Source: Candidatus Micrarchaeia archaeon
Lineage (GTDB): Archaea > Micrarchaeota > Micrarchaeia > CAILAH01
Length of the DNA: 64,000 bases
Reading direction: 5' to 3'
NCBI GenBank assembly: GCA_038874595.1
Contig: JAVZCB010000002.1
Span: 128,001 to 192,000, forward strand
Shown here: piece after piece, positions 48,243-57,942 of the stretch
How positions within the stretch are numbered: position 1 is the stretch's first letter
Layout: each line of letters opens with the position of its first letter
Notes under the pieces: generated by a model
Told to the model about the DNA's origin: nothing
Database searches by the model: none
What the model saw: the letters and a program-made list of their open reading frames with translations, nothing else
Translations under genes and position numbers: made by a program

Positions 48243-50282
48243 TTATTTTTTATGCGTGTCCCTCCCTTCTTGCTGTGATAATAATGGGCATTTTGGGTTT
48301 GCACACCTTACAACCACACGCTTGTTGATTATATACTTAATTACAGGGGCGCCACACTCTTCGCATTTCTTGACAAAGCTTACCTTGTGCACACCAAAAG
48401 GTATGGGATAAGCAACCTTACAGTTAGGCCACCCCGTGCATCCTATAAATATTCTCTTATCCTTGGTTGTTTTAATGGTAATCTCTTTTCCGCATTGTTC
48501 GCATTTCATAAGGAATCCCTTACTCCTCTCGCTTTGCCTGAGCGCCGAAAGAAGCTCTTTTCCTATACTGTACTCGTTTTTCTTGAATTCATCAATTATT
48601 TTACTGAGGACATCTCTCGCCTCGGCAAGCACCTTTTCCTCTTTTTCCTTTCCTTCTTGGATTTTTTCAACCTTATCTTCAAACTGCTCTGTGAGATGCT
48701 CATCCAGGATTTCAGGGGAGTATTTCATCAGCGCATCATGCACAGCCATCCCCAAGCTTGTCACCCGCATGCTTTTTTCTCTGACATAATCCCTTTTGAA
48801 TAACGTATCAATTATAGTCGCCCGTGTTGCTTTCGTGCCTAGGTTTTTCTTTTCAAGCACTTTAACAAGAGAAGTCGCAGTATATCTTGCAGGCGGCTTT
48901 GTCTCCTTTCTATCCTTTGTTATTTTGTCCGCTACGAATTTCTGGCCTTTGTTAAGCTCTGGCAACCTCTCTTCATCAGCTGTATAATACTTGCCGTAAA
49001 GCCCAATCCAGCCGGGCTTCTTAATAACAATCCCCTGCCCCTTGTACCTCTCGTTGCCCATTTTAAGCCGCACAGTGGTGCTTTCCTTTACAGCCCATTC
49101 ACCAAAACACGCAATGAACCTTCTTGCAATGAGGTCATAAAGCTTTTTCTCCTGCTCGCTCATCTTTCCATATATCCCAGTTGGGTGTATTGCAGGGTGT
49201 GCCGCATCGCTCTTTTCACCTTCATGTGGTTTTAACATGCCTTCCTCCAAAAGGAATTGCGCATCCTTGCGATACTCATCTATTTTTGACATCTTTTCAA
49301 GGATTCCCTTCAGATTGAGTGAGAGAGGAAGCTTTTGCGAGCTCGTTCGCGGGTAACTAATGTAGGAGTTTTCATAAAGGTTTTGTGAATATTGTAAAAC
49401 CTCCTTTGGAGACATTTTATATGCACGGTATGCCTCAACCTGCAGTGACGTCAAGTCAAACGGTGCAGGAGGTGCAACCTTAAACATCTTTTTAGTTACT
49501 TCTTCAACAATCCCTTCCTTGCTTGTGGCACTAAGCACAGCATCTGCTTCCTTCTCATCCCAGAATTTTTCTTTTTCATGCAAATACTTTATCTTATCTT
49601 TCTCAACAGCAACTTCCCAATACGGAACAGGTTTAAATCCGGCTATTTCTCTTTCCCTTTTCACAAGGATATCAAGAGTAGGCCCCTGTACGCGCCCGAT
49701 ACTTAGCACTTTATATGCGCCAGCTTTTCTGATGGCATCCATAAGTAGCCTGCTTAGATTAATTCCCCAATACCAATCAAGGAAATGCCTGGCCTCGCCC
49801 GCATATGCGTTATTATAATCAAGTTCACCCATGTTTTCGTATGCACTCACTATATCCTCTTTTGTAAGTGCAGAAAATTTCATTCTCTTCCCAGATGTGC
49901 GCTTTGCAGAAAACCTGATCGCATTGAATCCGATAAGCGACCCCTCGACATCATAATCGCACGCGGATACAATGACATCTGCTTTTTTGGCAACTTTCTC
50001 TATGGTAGTTATATAATCCTTGGTGTGTGCAGATGCCTTTGACGCCTCATATGCTGGTACCCACCCAATATCAAATTCCGGAACACGCCTATTGCCCCCT
50101 TTTTCTTTAAGTGAAAACAAGTGCCCCACAGCGCTAACAACGTAAATCTTCTTTCCGTCCCTTTCAAGCTCATAATAAGGAATTTTATGCTCGCTCTTCT
50201 TTCTCGCCTTATCATCAAGAAAACGCGCAATCTTCTCCGCTACCTTAGGCTTTTCTGCAATTATTACGAGTGTTTCCGCCAT
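48243..50282 (-). CDS. topA: Type IA DNA topoisomerase
   Basis: IAEKP, GHLF, DYDVEG, SIGRVQ, ISYPRT, AHPAIHPT, GTKATR, C-terminal Zn ribbons. Confidence 0.96.
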   Translation of the reverse strand: MAETLVIIAEKPKVAEKIARFLDDKARKKSEHKIPYYELERDGKKIYVVSAVGHLFSLKEKGGNRRVPEFDIGWVPAYEASKASAHTKDYITTIEKVAKKADVIVSACDYDVEGSLIGFNAIRFSAKRTSGKRMKFSALTKEDIVSAYENMGELDYNNAYAGEARHFLDWYWGINLSRLLMDAIRKAGAYKVLSIGRVQGPTLDILVKREREIAGFKPVPYWEVAVEKDKIKYLHEKEKFWDEKEADAVLSATSKEGIVEEVTKKMFKVAPPAPFDLTSLQVEAYRAYKMSPKEVLQYSQNLYENSYISYPRTSSQKLPLSLNLKGILEKMSKIDEYRKDAQFLLEEGMLKPHEGEKSDAAHPAIHPTGIYGKMSEQEKKLYDLIARRFIACFGEWAVKESTTVRLKMGNERYKGQGIVIKKPGWIGLYGKYYTADEERLPELNKGQKFVADKITKDRKETKPPARYTATSLVKVLEKKNLGTKATRATIIDTLFKRDYVREKSMRVTSLGMAVHDALMKYSPEILDEHLTEQFEDKVEKIQEGKEKEEKVLAEARDVLSKIIDEFKKNEYSIGKELLSALRQSERSKGFLMKCEQCGKEITIKTTKDKRIFIGCTGWPNCKVAYPIPFGVHKVSFVKKCEECGAPVIKYIINKRVVVRCANPKCPLLSQQEGRDTHKK

Positions 50283-50342
50283 CTGCTTTTATTCCATGCG
50301 CAAACTATATAATTATATTATTTAACCCCTCTCAATTTTCCC

Positions 50343-50666
50343 ATGTTTCCAACAGACCCAAGACAAATGCAGCAGATGCTCAGGCAAATGGGCATAAAAA
50401 GCAGGATGATTGAAGCAAAGAGAGTAATAATAGAATGTGATGGCTCGAACATTATAATTGATAACCCACAGGTAATGGAGATGGATATCAAAGGAGAGAA
50501 GAATTACAGTATAAGCGGGCGCGTGCACAGCGACCTGCAATTAAGTGAGGAGGATATAAAGCTTGTGATGGACGGTGCCAACGTATCCCGTGAGGAAGCT
50601 ATAAAGGCATTAGAAAAAGAGGGAGATGTTGCGTCTGCCATAATTTCATTGAAGGGCGATAAATAA
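50343..50666 (+). CDS. nac: Nascent polypeptide-associated complex protein
   Basis: DPRQMQQM..QMGI and a UBA-like EEDIKLV...A..AL...GD. Confidence 0.93.
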   Translation: MFPTDPRQMQQMLRQMGIKSRMIEAKRVIIECDGSNIIIDNPQVMEMDIKGEKNYSISGRVHSDLQLSEEDIKLVMDGANVSREEAIKALEKEGDVASAIISLKGDK

Positions 50667-50675
50667 AGGAAATGG

Positions 50676-51455
50676 ATGGTGTTATGGATGTCATCTATCA
50701 ATGAGATAGGCAAAGTTAGGGTTTCACCGATGAACAGCCTGCTGCTGCGCGGGAAATCTCCTTTTCAGGAAGCATTTGAAAAGGGGAACATTAAGTGTAT
50801 CGTTGAAGAGCTTAAGCAGCTGCCAGGCACGCCTGCCAACAAGTTTAACATGCTATTGGTGTTAAGCACTTCAACAGGCAAATACGAGCTTGCAAAAAAG
50901 GTAGGTGTAGCGGCGTATGATATTCTTTCTAAAAAAGACATAGCAAGGCTATTATCATACCAGAACGGGCCATCTGAGAAGATAGCGTTGTTTGTTGAAA
51001 TAATGCGCACACGATACGGTACCCTAGGACCTTCACAGCAAACATATCTTTTCAATGCGCTCAAACAGTATTACAACCAATATAAGATATCAGGGAACAG
51101 CCTTCCAAAGGAGTGGCTTTCCTTATGTATAGAAGATATATACAAGTATAGCAAGTTTAGCGCAATCCATATGTATCTTAAGATGTATTCAACAAAGGCC
51201 CCATCTATATATGAGCGCAACGTGGCATCTTTTATTGCAGAGCTCATCAGGAAAAACACAAAGTTGCTCAGTACACTTGCCCACGGCTCATATTGCAGGG
51301 TAAATGTTCAGTATGAAGCGCTGCATGCCCTTAATTTGGTATCACCTGAGCAGGCGCGTATGTTTGCGCACGTGCTTCTCGAAAGGCAGTTCAGGAATAA
51401 TGTGTTTTATGATATGCGCGTAATCGAGCTTGCAAAAGCCGTTTTAGGGGAATAA
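50676..51455 (+). CDS. Hypothetical helical protein
   Basis: Long open frame filling the gap; no motif recognised. Confidence 0.55.
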   Translation: MVLWMSSINEIGKVRVSPMNSLLLRGKSPFQEAFEKGNIKCIVEELKQLPGTPANKFNMLLVLSTSTGKYELAKKVGVAAYDILSKKDIARLLSYQNGPSEKIALFVEIMRTRYGTLGPSQQTYLFNALKQYYNQYKISGNSLPKEWLSLCIEDIYKYSKFSAIHMYLKMYSTKAPSIYERNVASFIAELIRKNTKLLSTLAHGSYCRVNVQYEALHALNLVSPEQARMFAHVLLERQFRNNVFYDMRVIELAKAVLGE

Positions 51456-51465
51456 GCACATCAAA

Positions 51466-52788
51466 CTAAAAATTTGTCACTGCACTGCGCCCTCTCAATT
51501 CACCAGCATAATCAGTATACATCATTTCTATAACTTTCTTTCTTTCTTTTGTTTGCCCAAGCACCCAGCTAAGCTTGACAAAAGCAGTCTCTGGAAGCCA
51601 ATCGCAGTTGTGCCCAATCACACCAGTTTCCTTAAGCATCCTTCCAGCAGTATATACATTAAGGTTCAGCCTTCCATATATTGTCTGTGGTGCAATTACA
51701 ACATATATTCCTGACTTTGTGAGTTCACCAATCTCTTTTATTATGGGCGTTGCAAGCGCGTCACCGAACGGGTTTGATGGGACGTGCCCAAGCCCAGTAG
51801 CTGCTAGGACCACCCCTTCATAATCAGACAATTTTGAAATGAAGCTTGGCTTTATTCCAGGATGTATATAAACCAGTGCGACGTTCTCGCTGAATTTATT
51901 GATAAGTTCCATATCACCGCCAGCTGGCACGTTAGTGCACTCACCTATGTATTCTATTTTCTTTTTTGAATAGTCAACTTCTGCTACAGGTGTTGCGTTA
52001 ATGCTCCTGAATGCATCGCGCCTTGAAGTGTGCATCTTTCTAACACGGGTACCAAGGTGTATATGTGCTGCACCATCTGATGTTGTTGCGTGCATTGCAA
52101 CATAAACACCAGGCCTGCCTGTGCTGGCATAAAAGGCTGCATTGAGAACATTTTCCTTTGCATCAGAGGACCCCCTGTCAGAGCTTCTTTGCGCCCCTGT
52201 TAGCACAACCGGCCTTTGTGGGTTGCGAATCATAAACGATACTGCGGCAGCACTATACCCAAGCGTGTCAGTGCCGTGAGTTACAACCACGGCTTTGCCT
52301 TTTTTTAGTTCCTTAAACACCTCTTCACCAATTATTTTCCAGTGCCGGGTGTTCATGTCTTCTGAAAGTATTGACATCACATTCTTAAAGCGCGCCCCGC
52401 CAAACGTGTTCATTTCAGGGAAGGATTCTCTAAATTCCTCTGGCGTTGCAGCAGGAAACACTGCACCGGTAGAGTATTCAACCCGTGATGATACCGTGCC
52501 CCCAAACATCAGCACCGCAATATCATATTCTTTGTTATCTTCAGTTTTACCAGCACCATGCCGTTTTTCTTTTAAGGCACCTTTCTTTTTTATGAGCTTT
52601 AATGTATCATTGAACACCACACCTAGGTTATACCCATTGTCAAGCTTAAGCTCAATAATATCTGTATTCTCAGAATAATTCTCTAAAAGAATTCCCTCCC
52701 TTTCGGCCCCGCCAAATTCTATGGAGACTCTATCTCCAATATCTATATTCCTTTTCCATAACTGTTCACGAACTTTCCTGCTGTACAT
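51466..52788 (-). CDS. gatD: Glutamyl-tRNA(Gln) amidotransferase subunit D
   Basis: KLDNGYN.G, GGTVSSRVEY.TG, HGTDT, GAQRSSDR, KMHTSRRDAF. Confidence 0.95.
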   Translation of the reverse strand: MYSRKVREQLWKRNIDIGDRVSIEFGGAEREGILLENYSENTDIIELKLDNGYNLGVVFNDTLKLIKKKGALKEKRHGAGKTEDNKEYDIAVLMFGGTVSSRVEYSTGAVFPAATPEEFRESFPEMNTFGGARFKNVMSILSEDMNTRHWKIIGEEVFKELKKGKAVVVTHGTDTLGYSAAAVSFMIRNPQRPVVLTGAQRSSDRGSSDAKENVLNAAFYASTGRPGVYVAMHATTSDGAAHIHLGTRVRKMHTSRRDAFRSINATPVAEVDYSKKKIEYIGECTNVPAGGDMELINKFSENVALVYIHPGIKPSFISKLSDYEGVVLAATGLGHVPSNPFGDALATPIIKEIGELTKSGIYVVIAPQTIYGRLNLNVYTAGRMLKETGVIGHNCDWLPETAFVKLSWVLGQTKERKKVIEMMYTDYAGELRGRSAVTNF

Positions 52789-52792
52789 CGAT

Positions 52793-53749
52793 TCACCTGT
52801 ATCCCTCAACAGAAACGTCAGGAAGTTTCTCATTTCTCTTACAGAACCCCTTCAAAAAATTATATGCGAGCTCGCCAAGGTCCTCAACCCAGTACCCTCC
52901 TTCAAGAACACCAAAGATAGGCACATCTAGCTCTTTTGCGCATGCATCAAGAAGCCTTCCTATCTTCATATATGTCCTTGGCTCTTTTATTTTTGTTACT
53001 GTACCAAAGAACAGGTCTTTGTAATAAGTATTAAATCCAATGCCAACAGCAATAATATCCGGTTTTACTTCATCAACAACCTTAGGTATAACTTTGTATA
53101 GCTTATCCAAGTATTCCTTATCTGTAATCCAGAGCCGGTTTTCGTAACAGCGCACCCGCGAAGTGCTTTCTTTCTCTTTTCCGGTATAAGGATATACTGA
53201 ATCAGCGTGCTGATGAACTGACAGAAGCCATACCCTCTCATCATCTACAAATATATTGTTGGTACCATTACAAAAATGCGCATCGAGATTGATTATAAGA
53301 GGATTCCTTGATTTTCCAGCAGCAAGAAGTTTTGCAATTGCAACCGCCACATTGTTTATATAAGAGTACCCGCCAAAGAAATCCCTCCCTGCATGGCCTC
53401 CTTTTGGCCGTGTAACCGCAAATGCAAAACGTTTTTTGCTAATTGCATACTCTGCCGCGCAGCACGCCGCACCAGCGGCAAGAGAGGCAATCCTATAAGT
53501 ATTCTTATCAACCGGCTCGTCAGGAAAGTACGTGTTGATTCTCTTGTAATTTTTAATTTCATCAAGATACTTTGCAGAGTGCACTCTCTCAAGATCTTTT
53601 CTTGATGCGGGCTTTGGCTTGGCAACAGTATATTCCAAATCAGATGTCCTAATGTAATCCATTATTGCAGCGAGCCTTTCTGGCGTATCTGGAAATTTAC
53701 CACTAAACTTCATAAATTCCTTTGAATAGTATATGCTGATTTTAGTCAT
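52793..53749 (-). CDS. Histone deacetylase-family protein with an altered active site
   Basis: P..PERL, L.RVH..KY, RPKGGHA, DAHFCNGT, S.HQ, LEGGY. Confidence 0.85.
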   Translation of the reverse strand: MTKISIYYSKEFMKFSGKFPDTPERLAAIMDYIRTSDLEYTVAKPKPASRKDLERVHSAKYLDEIKNYKRINTYFPDEPVDKNTYRIASLAAGAACCAAEYAISKKRFAFAVTRPKGGHAGRDFFGGYSYINNVAVAIAKLLAAGKSRNPLIINLDAHFCNGTNNIFVDDERVWLLSVHQHADSVYPYTGKEKESTSRVRCYENRLWITDKEYLDKLYKVIPKVVDEVKPDIIAVGIGFNTYYKDLFFGTVTKIKEPRTYMKIGRLLDACAKELDVPIFGVLEGGYWVEDLGELAYNFLKGFCKRNEKLPDVSVEGYR

Positions 53750-55212
53750 TTACATAACCTCAAAAAGTCTATTGAAAACCCAAGCAGCGAGTTGAGGTAT
53801 CTTATTATGCCACACAGCACCCCGTCACTACCACCAACCTTTTCCCCCATTGTTGTATTTATTGGGATGTCTGGAAGCACATTCTTGCCTTTATCTTCCT
53901 CAACGATTTCATTGTTTAGCACGGCCTCTGCAACCATCATTTTCACAGATGCATCAATCTCATCCATGCGTTTTGTTAGCTCAGTTATCTCTGACTTGTT
54001 AACTTTTCTGCCCAAGACCTCTTTTATCTCGTTTGAATAATTTGTAAGATTCTTGTCATACTTTGTGCCATTAAGTTTCTTTCTTGCATTTACAATAGCA
54101 TCCAAATCAGCCTTTGCCTTGGATTTCATAAGCTCATACTGTGCATTTGTCATCTGCACTTCGGCTTTTAGGTTTGTTAGTATACTTTTGTATTGGCCAG
54201 CCAGCTTTATAGCCAATTTATACTTACCATCATTTTTCAGTTGACTTATCTCCGTAGTATAATTTTCAGCAGATTTAATTGAGGCCTCAGTTGCATTATC
54301 CTTCCAATCGGCCTTTGAATACATAGATTTTATGCTGTTGTAAAGGTCATATACCGCCCCATACTCTTCTAAGTATGTTTTTTCTCGTGTTTCCAGGTAT
54401 TTAATCCTGGTATCCGTCTGCACCTTTATTTTTGCAGCCCTTTCCCTGGCTTGAGGTACCGTGGCAAGCGTTGTAACAATATCTTCACAGAGGCCCTTCG
54501 CCTCATTTGCATTATCATAGGTCGGATGCATCTCTTCACAGTACGGGTAATCATAGAGCTTGTTATCATCCATTATTTTCATTGTATCGCTCATATTTTG
54601 TATGAGCCTGCAAAGCTCCCTGTAATCTTCCTCAGTCTTGGGGTTTTTTGCCTTTTCTGAAGCAGCAAGTATTGAATTATCAACCGCCTTTCTTTGGATG
54701 TTCCAGCTCATTATTGAGTATATCAAATCATCCCTTATCTGCATTGCACACAGAGGTACACGGTAGCACGCCTTAATGCACGATTCCTTATCATAGCATG
54801 GCATCGCATCCACACCAGTGATCCTTTCACACACCACCCTCTCCGGATATTCACTTTCGTTAAAAGCCCGTATGAGCTCCCGTATCCTTGCTGTTTTCTC
54901 ATCAACACCAGATGTTTCCCAGATGTTCTGGACAAGCACGGCGGCAATGCTGTCCGTGTCCATCATTACCTTTGAATCGTCACCAATCATCATCATCTCA
55001 ACGCCATCCACAGTTATTATCCAGTAATCTTTTCCCCACGCAGAGAGCTTGTTTAATTCGTACTTCTCCTGCGGCTCGATATATTCCCCAGCGACTTGTG
55101 CCGGGGAGGCCGCAAAACCAACTGCAAAAACCATAACTGCAATTATCGCGGTTATAAGGGAGATGCGCAAGGCCCCTGCGTTTAAGAATGTATACATGTT
55201 ACTATTTTGCAA
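53746..55212 (-). CDS. Secreted coiled-coil protein with a Cys cluster
   Basis: Signal peptide, C...PC.D.ESC...C..VPLC, long heptad region, amphipathic C-terminus. Confidence 0.7.
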   Translation of the reverse strand: MQNSNMYTFLNAGALRISLITAIIAVMVFAVGFAASPAQVAGEYIEPQEKYELNKLSAWGKDYWIITVDGVEMMMIGDDSKVMMDTDSIAAVLVQNIWETSGVDEKTARIRELIRAFNESEYPERVVCERITGVDAMPCYDKESCIKACYRVPLCAMQIRDDLIYSIMSWNIQRKAVDNSILAASEKAKNPKTEEDYRELCRLIQNMSDTMKIMDDNKLYDYPYCEEMHPTYDNANEAKGLCEDIVTTLATVPQARERAAKIKVQTDTRIKYLETREKTYLEEYGAVYDLYNSIKSMYSKADWKDNATEASIKSAENYTTEISQLKNDGKYKLAIKLAGQYKSILTNLKAEVQMTNAQYELMKSKAKADLDAIVNARKKLNGTKYDKNLTNYSNEIKEVLGRKVNKSEITELTKRMDEIDASVKMMVAEAVLNNEIVEEDKGKNVLPDIPINTTMGEKVGGSDGVLCGIIRYLNSLLGFSIDFLRLCK

Positions 55213-55221
55213 CAGAGGTTT

Positions 55222-55827
55222 TTAACACTTAATAATAGGTCCCCCAACTATCCTACCAAGGGCTTTCATAATTGACTCGTGTACTTTCTCTTTCTCTTCC
55301 GCTCCGTTTATGAGGTGTACCTTTTTTGAAAAAAACCCCTCTTTATACATTTGTAGGTAGTTACTGCGCACCTTACTCAAAAAATATGTGCGCTCAAACA
55401 CTTCTCTTCCACCGCGTAGCCGCCCTATGCACAGCGCCGGGTCAGCATCCAAAACAAGCACAATGTCCGGTTTGACAAGCCCAAAGCCCTCAATGATTTT
55501 TTTGCCGTTATCATAATTGAATCCCTGGGCGCACTGATACGCAAGCGTTGAGTGAGCATACCTGTCAACAACTAGGTGTCTTTCACTGTCTCCCTTGAAC
55601 TTCTCAAACAGTTGCACATCTTTCAGCATATCCATCAAGAACATAGGGAATAGTGATTCGCCGCTCAGCTCAAACCCCGCCTTCCCTTTGAGTATATTGT
55701 TAAATAACTCCCCATAAATCCCTTCCCTGTCCGGATATTTTTTCTTTTCGCATCTTATTTTTCTGGAGAGCATCTCGATTTGAGTTCCTTTTCCAACCCC
55801 ATCTATCCCCTCAAAGCAGATTATCAT
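55222..55827 (-). CDS. tmk: Thymidylate kinase
   Basis: FEGIDGVGKGTQ, DRY..S..AYQ, KPD. Confidence 0.93.
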   Translation of the reverse strand: MIICFEGIDGVGKGTQIEMLSRKIRCEKKKYPDREGIYGELFNNILKGKAGFELSGESLFPMFLMDMLKDVQLFEKFKGDSERHLVVDRYAHSTLAYQCAQGFNYDNGKKIIEGFGLVKPDIVLVLDADPALCIGRLRGGREVFERTYFLSKVRSNYLQMYKEGFFSKKVHLINGAEEKEKVHESIMKALGRIVGGPIIKC

Positions 55828-55904
55828 ATTTCCAATCTCGCAGCGTAATCTTAAAAACAGGCATGCACAGAAAAACTTTTATTATCAATAAATAAAATTA
55901 ATGT

Positions 55905-56477
55905 ATGGTTGATGCAAAGCAGTGCCCTCGTCATATGCTTGGCAAAAGCGCTTGCAGGACAGGTTTCGGCAAAGAGAGCTTTGGGCAGCCGCTTTCTGAA
56001 GAATCATATGCCTGGCTAAAACAGGCAGCTGCAGGGGAGAACATATGCAGGCGCCACGCGTTTTCTGAACTTAGCGACAAAAACTGCCCGGATGAGCGAG
56101 CACGGCAGTTTGCACTTGATGCTCTCATCACAGAGAAAGAGAAGGATTTAAGGATGCTCTTAATAATGTATCTCGCTTCCCAGCGTGATGTAAGGGTTAT
56201 CCAGCACGTAATAAAAGACATTGAAGATGCGGCAAAGGAAATCTACTTAAACAAAAACGCCTTGAAGACGGGCGGTTATTATATAAACCACCTTCTTTTT
56301 GTGGTTAGGAAATTTATAGAGAAAGATTGTTCTGCGGTGCACGCCCTCGGGGTGTTGTATAAATCAGTTGCTGATGAAGAAGAGGTGGCCTTGAATGAGC
56401 AGATAAGGAAATTATTCCTTGATTTGTATGAGAAATACCATAAAACGCTCCCGCCAAGGATTAATGTCTATAAATAA
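55905..56477 (+). CDS. Hypothetical protein
   Basis: Open frame after an AT-rich promoter-like tract; no motif recognised. Confidence 0.55.
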   Translation: MVDAKQCPRHMLGKSACRTGFGKESFGQPLSEESYAWLKQAAAGENICRRHAFSELSDKNCPDERARQFALDALITEKEKDLRMLLIMYLASQRDVRVIQHVIKDIEDAAKEIYLNKNALKTGGYYINHLLFVVRKFIEKDCSAVHALGVLYKSVADEEEVALNEQIRKLFLDLYEKYHKTLPPRINVYK

Positions 56478-56580
56478 TGTGCATAACTCTTAATCCTTTT
56501 GAGCATCATAAGGGCGTTGACACAATGGGCTATCCCACTAGAAAGCCCATAATATAGCTTGGGCATCATGGAAACAAAGA

Positions 56581-56734
56581 TGGACCCGCCCAGATTTTCA
56601 AGAAGGAACAACCGCAACTCGCGCGTGTTCGCGAAGCGAACTACCTGGGAGCGCGAGGGGCGGATGCGCCATCGCATTGAACTGGGGATCTTTCCCGTGT
56701 CAGGGGAACGTCTTAACCACTCGACTACGGGTCC
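56581..56734 (-). tRNA. tRNA-Val(GAC) with a T-loop intron at 59/60 (56595-56675, 81 nt)
   Basis: Reverse complement GGACCCG...TTCCC-CT-GAC-AC-GGGAA...CCCAG-TTCAAT|intron|T-CTGGG-CGGGTCC-A; TTCA/TGAA helix. Confidence 0.92.
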
Positions 56735-56828
56735 ACGCATAAAATTTAGTGTGCCACCTTTAATAAAACTTGTGTGTTCCATTCTAAAAATAGCAAAGTT
56801 TTTAAGGTATATTTTTTTCTAAAACAGT

Positions 56829-57875
56829 ATGCAAAAGAAAGTTATTGTTGCAAGCTTTGACAACGTGCTTCTCAACCCAGGACCAGTGCATATGTATGCT
56901 GCACTGAGAGCATACAGGAAGGTTCTTGAAGAGGGGCTTGTTAAAGACCATACAAAGTTTAAGTATAATGGGTTTTTGAAACAGGACATAAACGCCAGTG
57001 AGTTTCTAAACAGTTCATTGTACTTCAAAGGGTTTTTTTGCATCGCTTTTGACAAGCTTAGGCACCTTGCAAAAAACGAAGATGACTACCTCAAAATGCT
57101 AATGCTCATAGAAAAAAATAAAGATCTCGCGATTAAGCTGCAGTCATCTGCAAATTCAGAAGTATATAAGATGTTCGCGGACGCAATTCTTGATAACCCA
57201 ATCGAGCTTGGCAAGGAATCCATTGGGCGCATCTCAGTTGATAAAGTTACCAGGTGGCGTTTCAGTACAGTGTTCAGGGAAGCTATCAGGGATCTGAACC
57301 GGTATGACAAGTTTGCCTTGTTAAGGATGTATAGCTCTGATTCCTCTATTGTACCACAACTCAGGCAAATTGTTGCAAAATACCCAGTTTATTTTGTTAC
57401 AATGCAGCAGCAGGAGATTGTTGGTAAGCTATTGGAAGGGCTGCTTAAACTCAATTATTTGGCAGATTCAGATTTCAAGCAACGTGACATAAAATGGGTT
57501 TACAGTGAGTCCTTGCTCAATGATTGGAGATGGGAATATAAAAGAAGATATTTAGTGGATGACAATAACATATTAACGCTGGAAACGAGTTCATTTTTGC
57601 CAATACAACTTAAGCAAATTGCGGCCAAAGAGGAAGTGAAAGAAAAAGATGTGTGGTTTTTGACCAGGAAGTTTGATCATAAAACGGCAAAGGCACTGTT
57701 TGAGGCTGGGTTCAGAAGGCAAAATGATGGCGCTCCACAGGTGAATATTTTTGTAATTGCCGCCAGCCAGCCTTTTATTGGGCAGTATCGGGAGGAGATG
57801 GCGGCGGGCGTGCTTGTGCTCGAGCACGACAAGTTTGCAGAAAAGCTGCTTAAAATTGCCTCTATTTACAAATAA
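56829..57875 (+). CDS. Hypothetical protein, possibly a degenerate HAD fold
   Basis: KVIVASFDNVLL resembles HAD motif I without the nucleophile Asp; VYFVT resembles motif II. Confidence 0.5.
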   Translation: MQKKVIVASFDNVLLNPGPVHMYAALRAYRKVLEEGLVKDHTKFKYNGFLKQDINASEFLNSSLYFKGFFCIAFDKLRHLAKNEDDYLKMLMLIEKNKDLAIKLQSSANSEVYKMFADAILDNPIELGKESIGRISVDKVTRWRFSTVFREAIRDLNRYDKFALLRMYSSDSSIVPQLRQIVAKYPVYFVTMQQQEIVGKLLEGLLKLNYLADSDFKQRDIKWVYSESLLNDWRWEYKRRYLVDDNNILTLETSSFLPIQLKQIAAKEEVKEKDVWFLTRKFDHKTAKALFEAGFRRQNDGAPQVNIFVIAASQPFIGQYREEMAAGVLVLEHDKFAEKLLKIASIYK

Positions 57876-57942
57876 GATGTGCCTCTTTTTAACGGTCCTT
57901 TTTACCTAAAAGCAAATAAATAAGCACCTTTATAATTAGCAT

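Noticed and set aside
56468-56822. ORFs 56468-56782(-) and 56559-56822(+)
   Set aside because: They overlap the intron-containing tRNA-Val.
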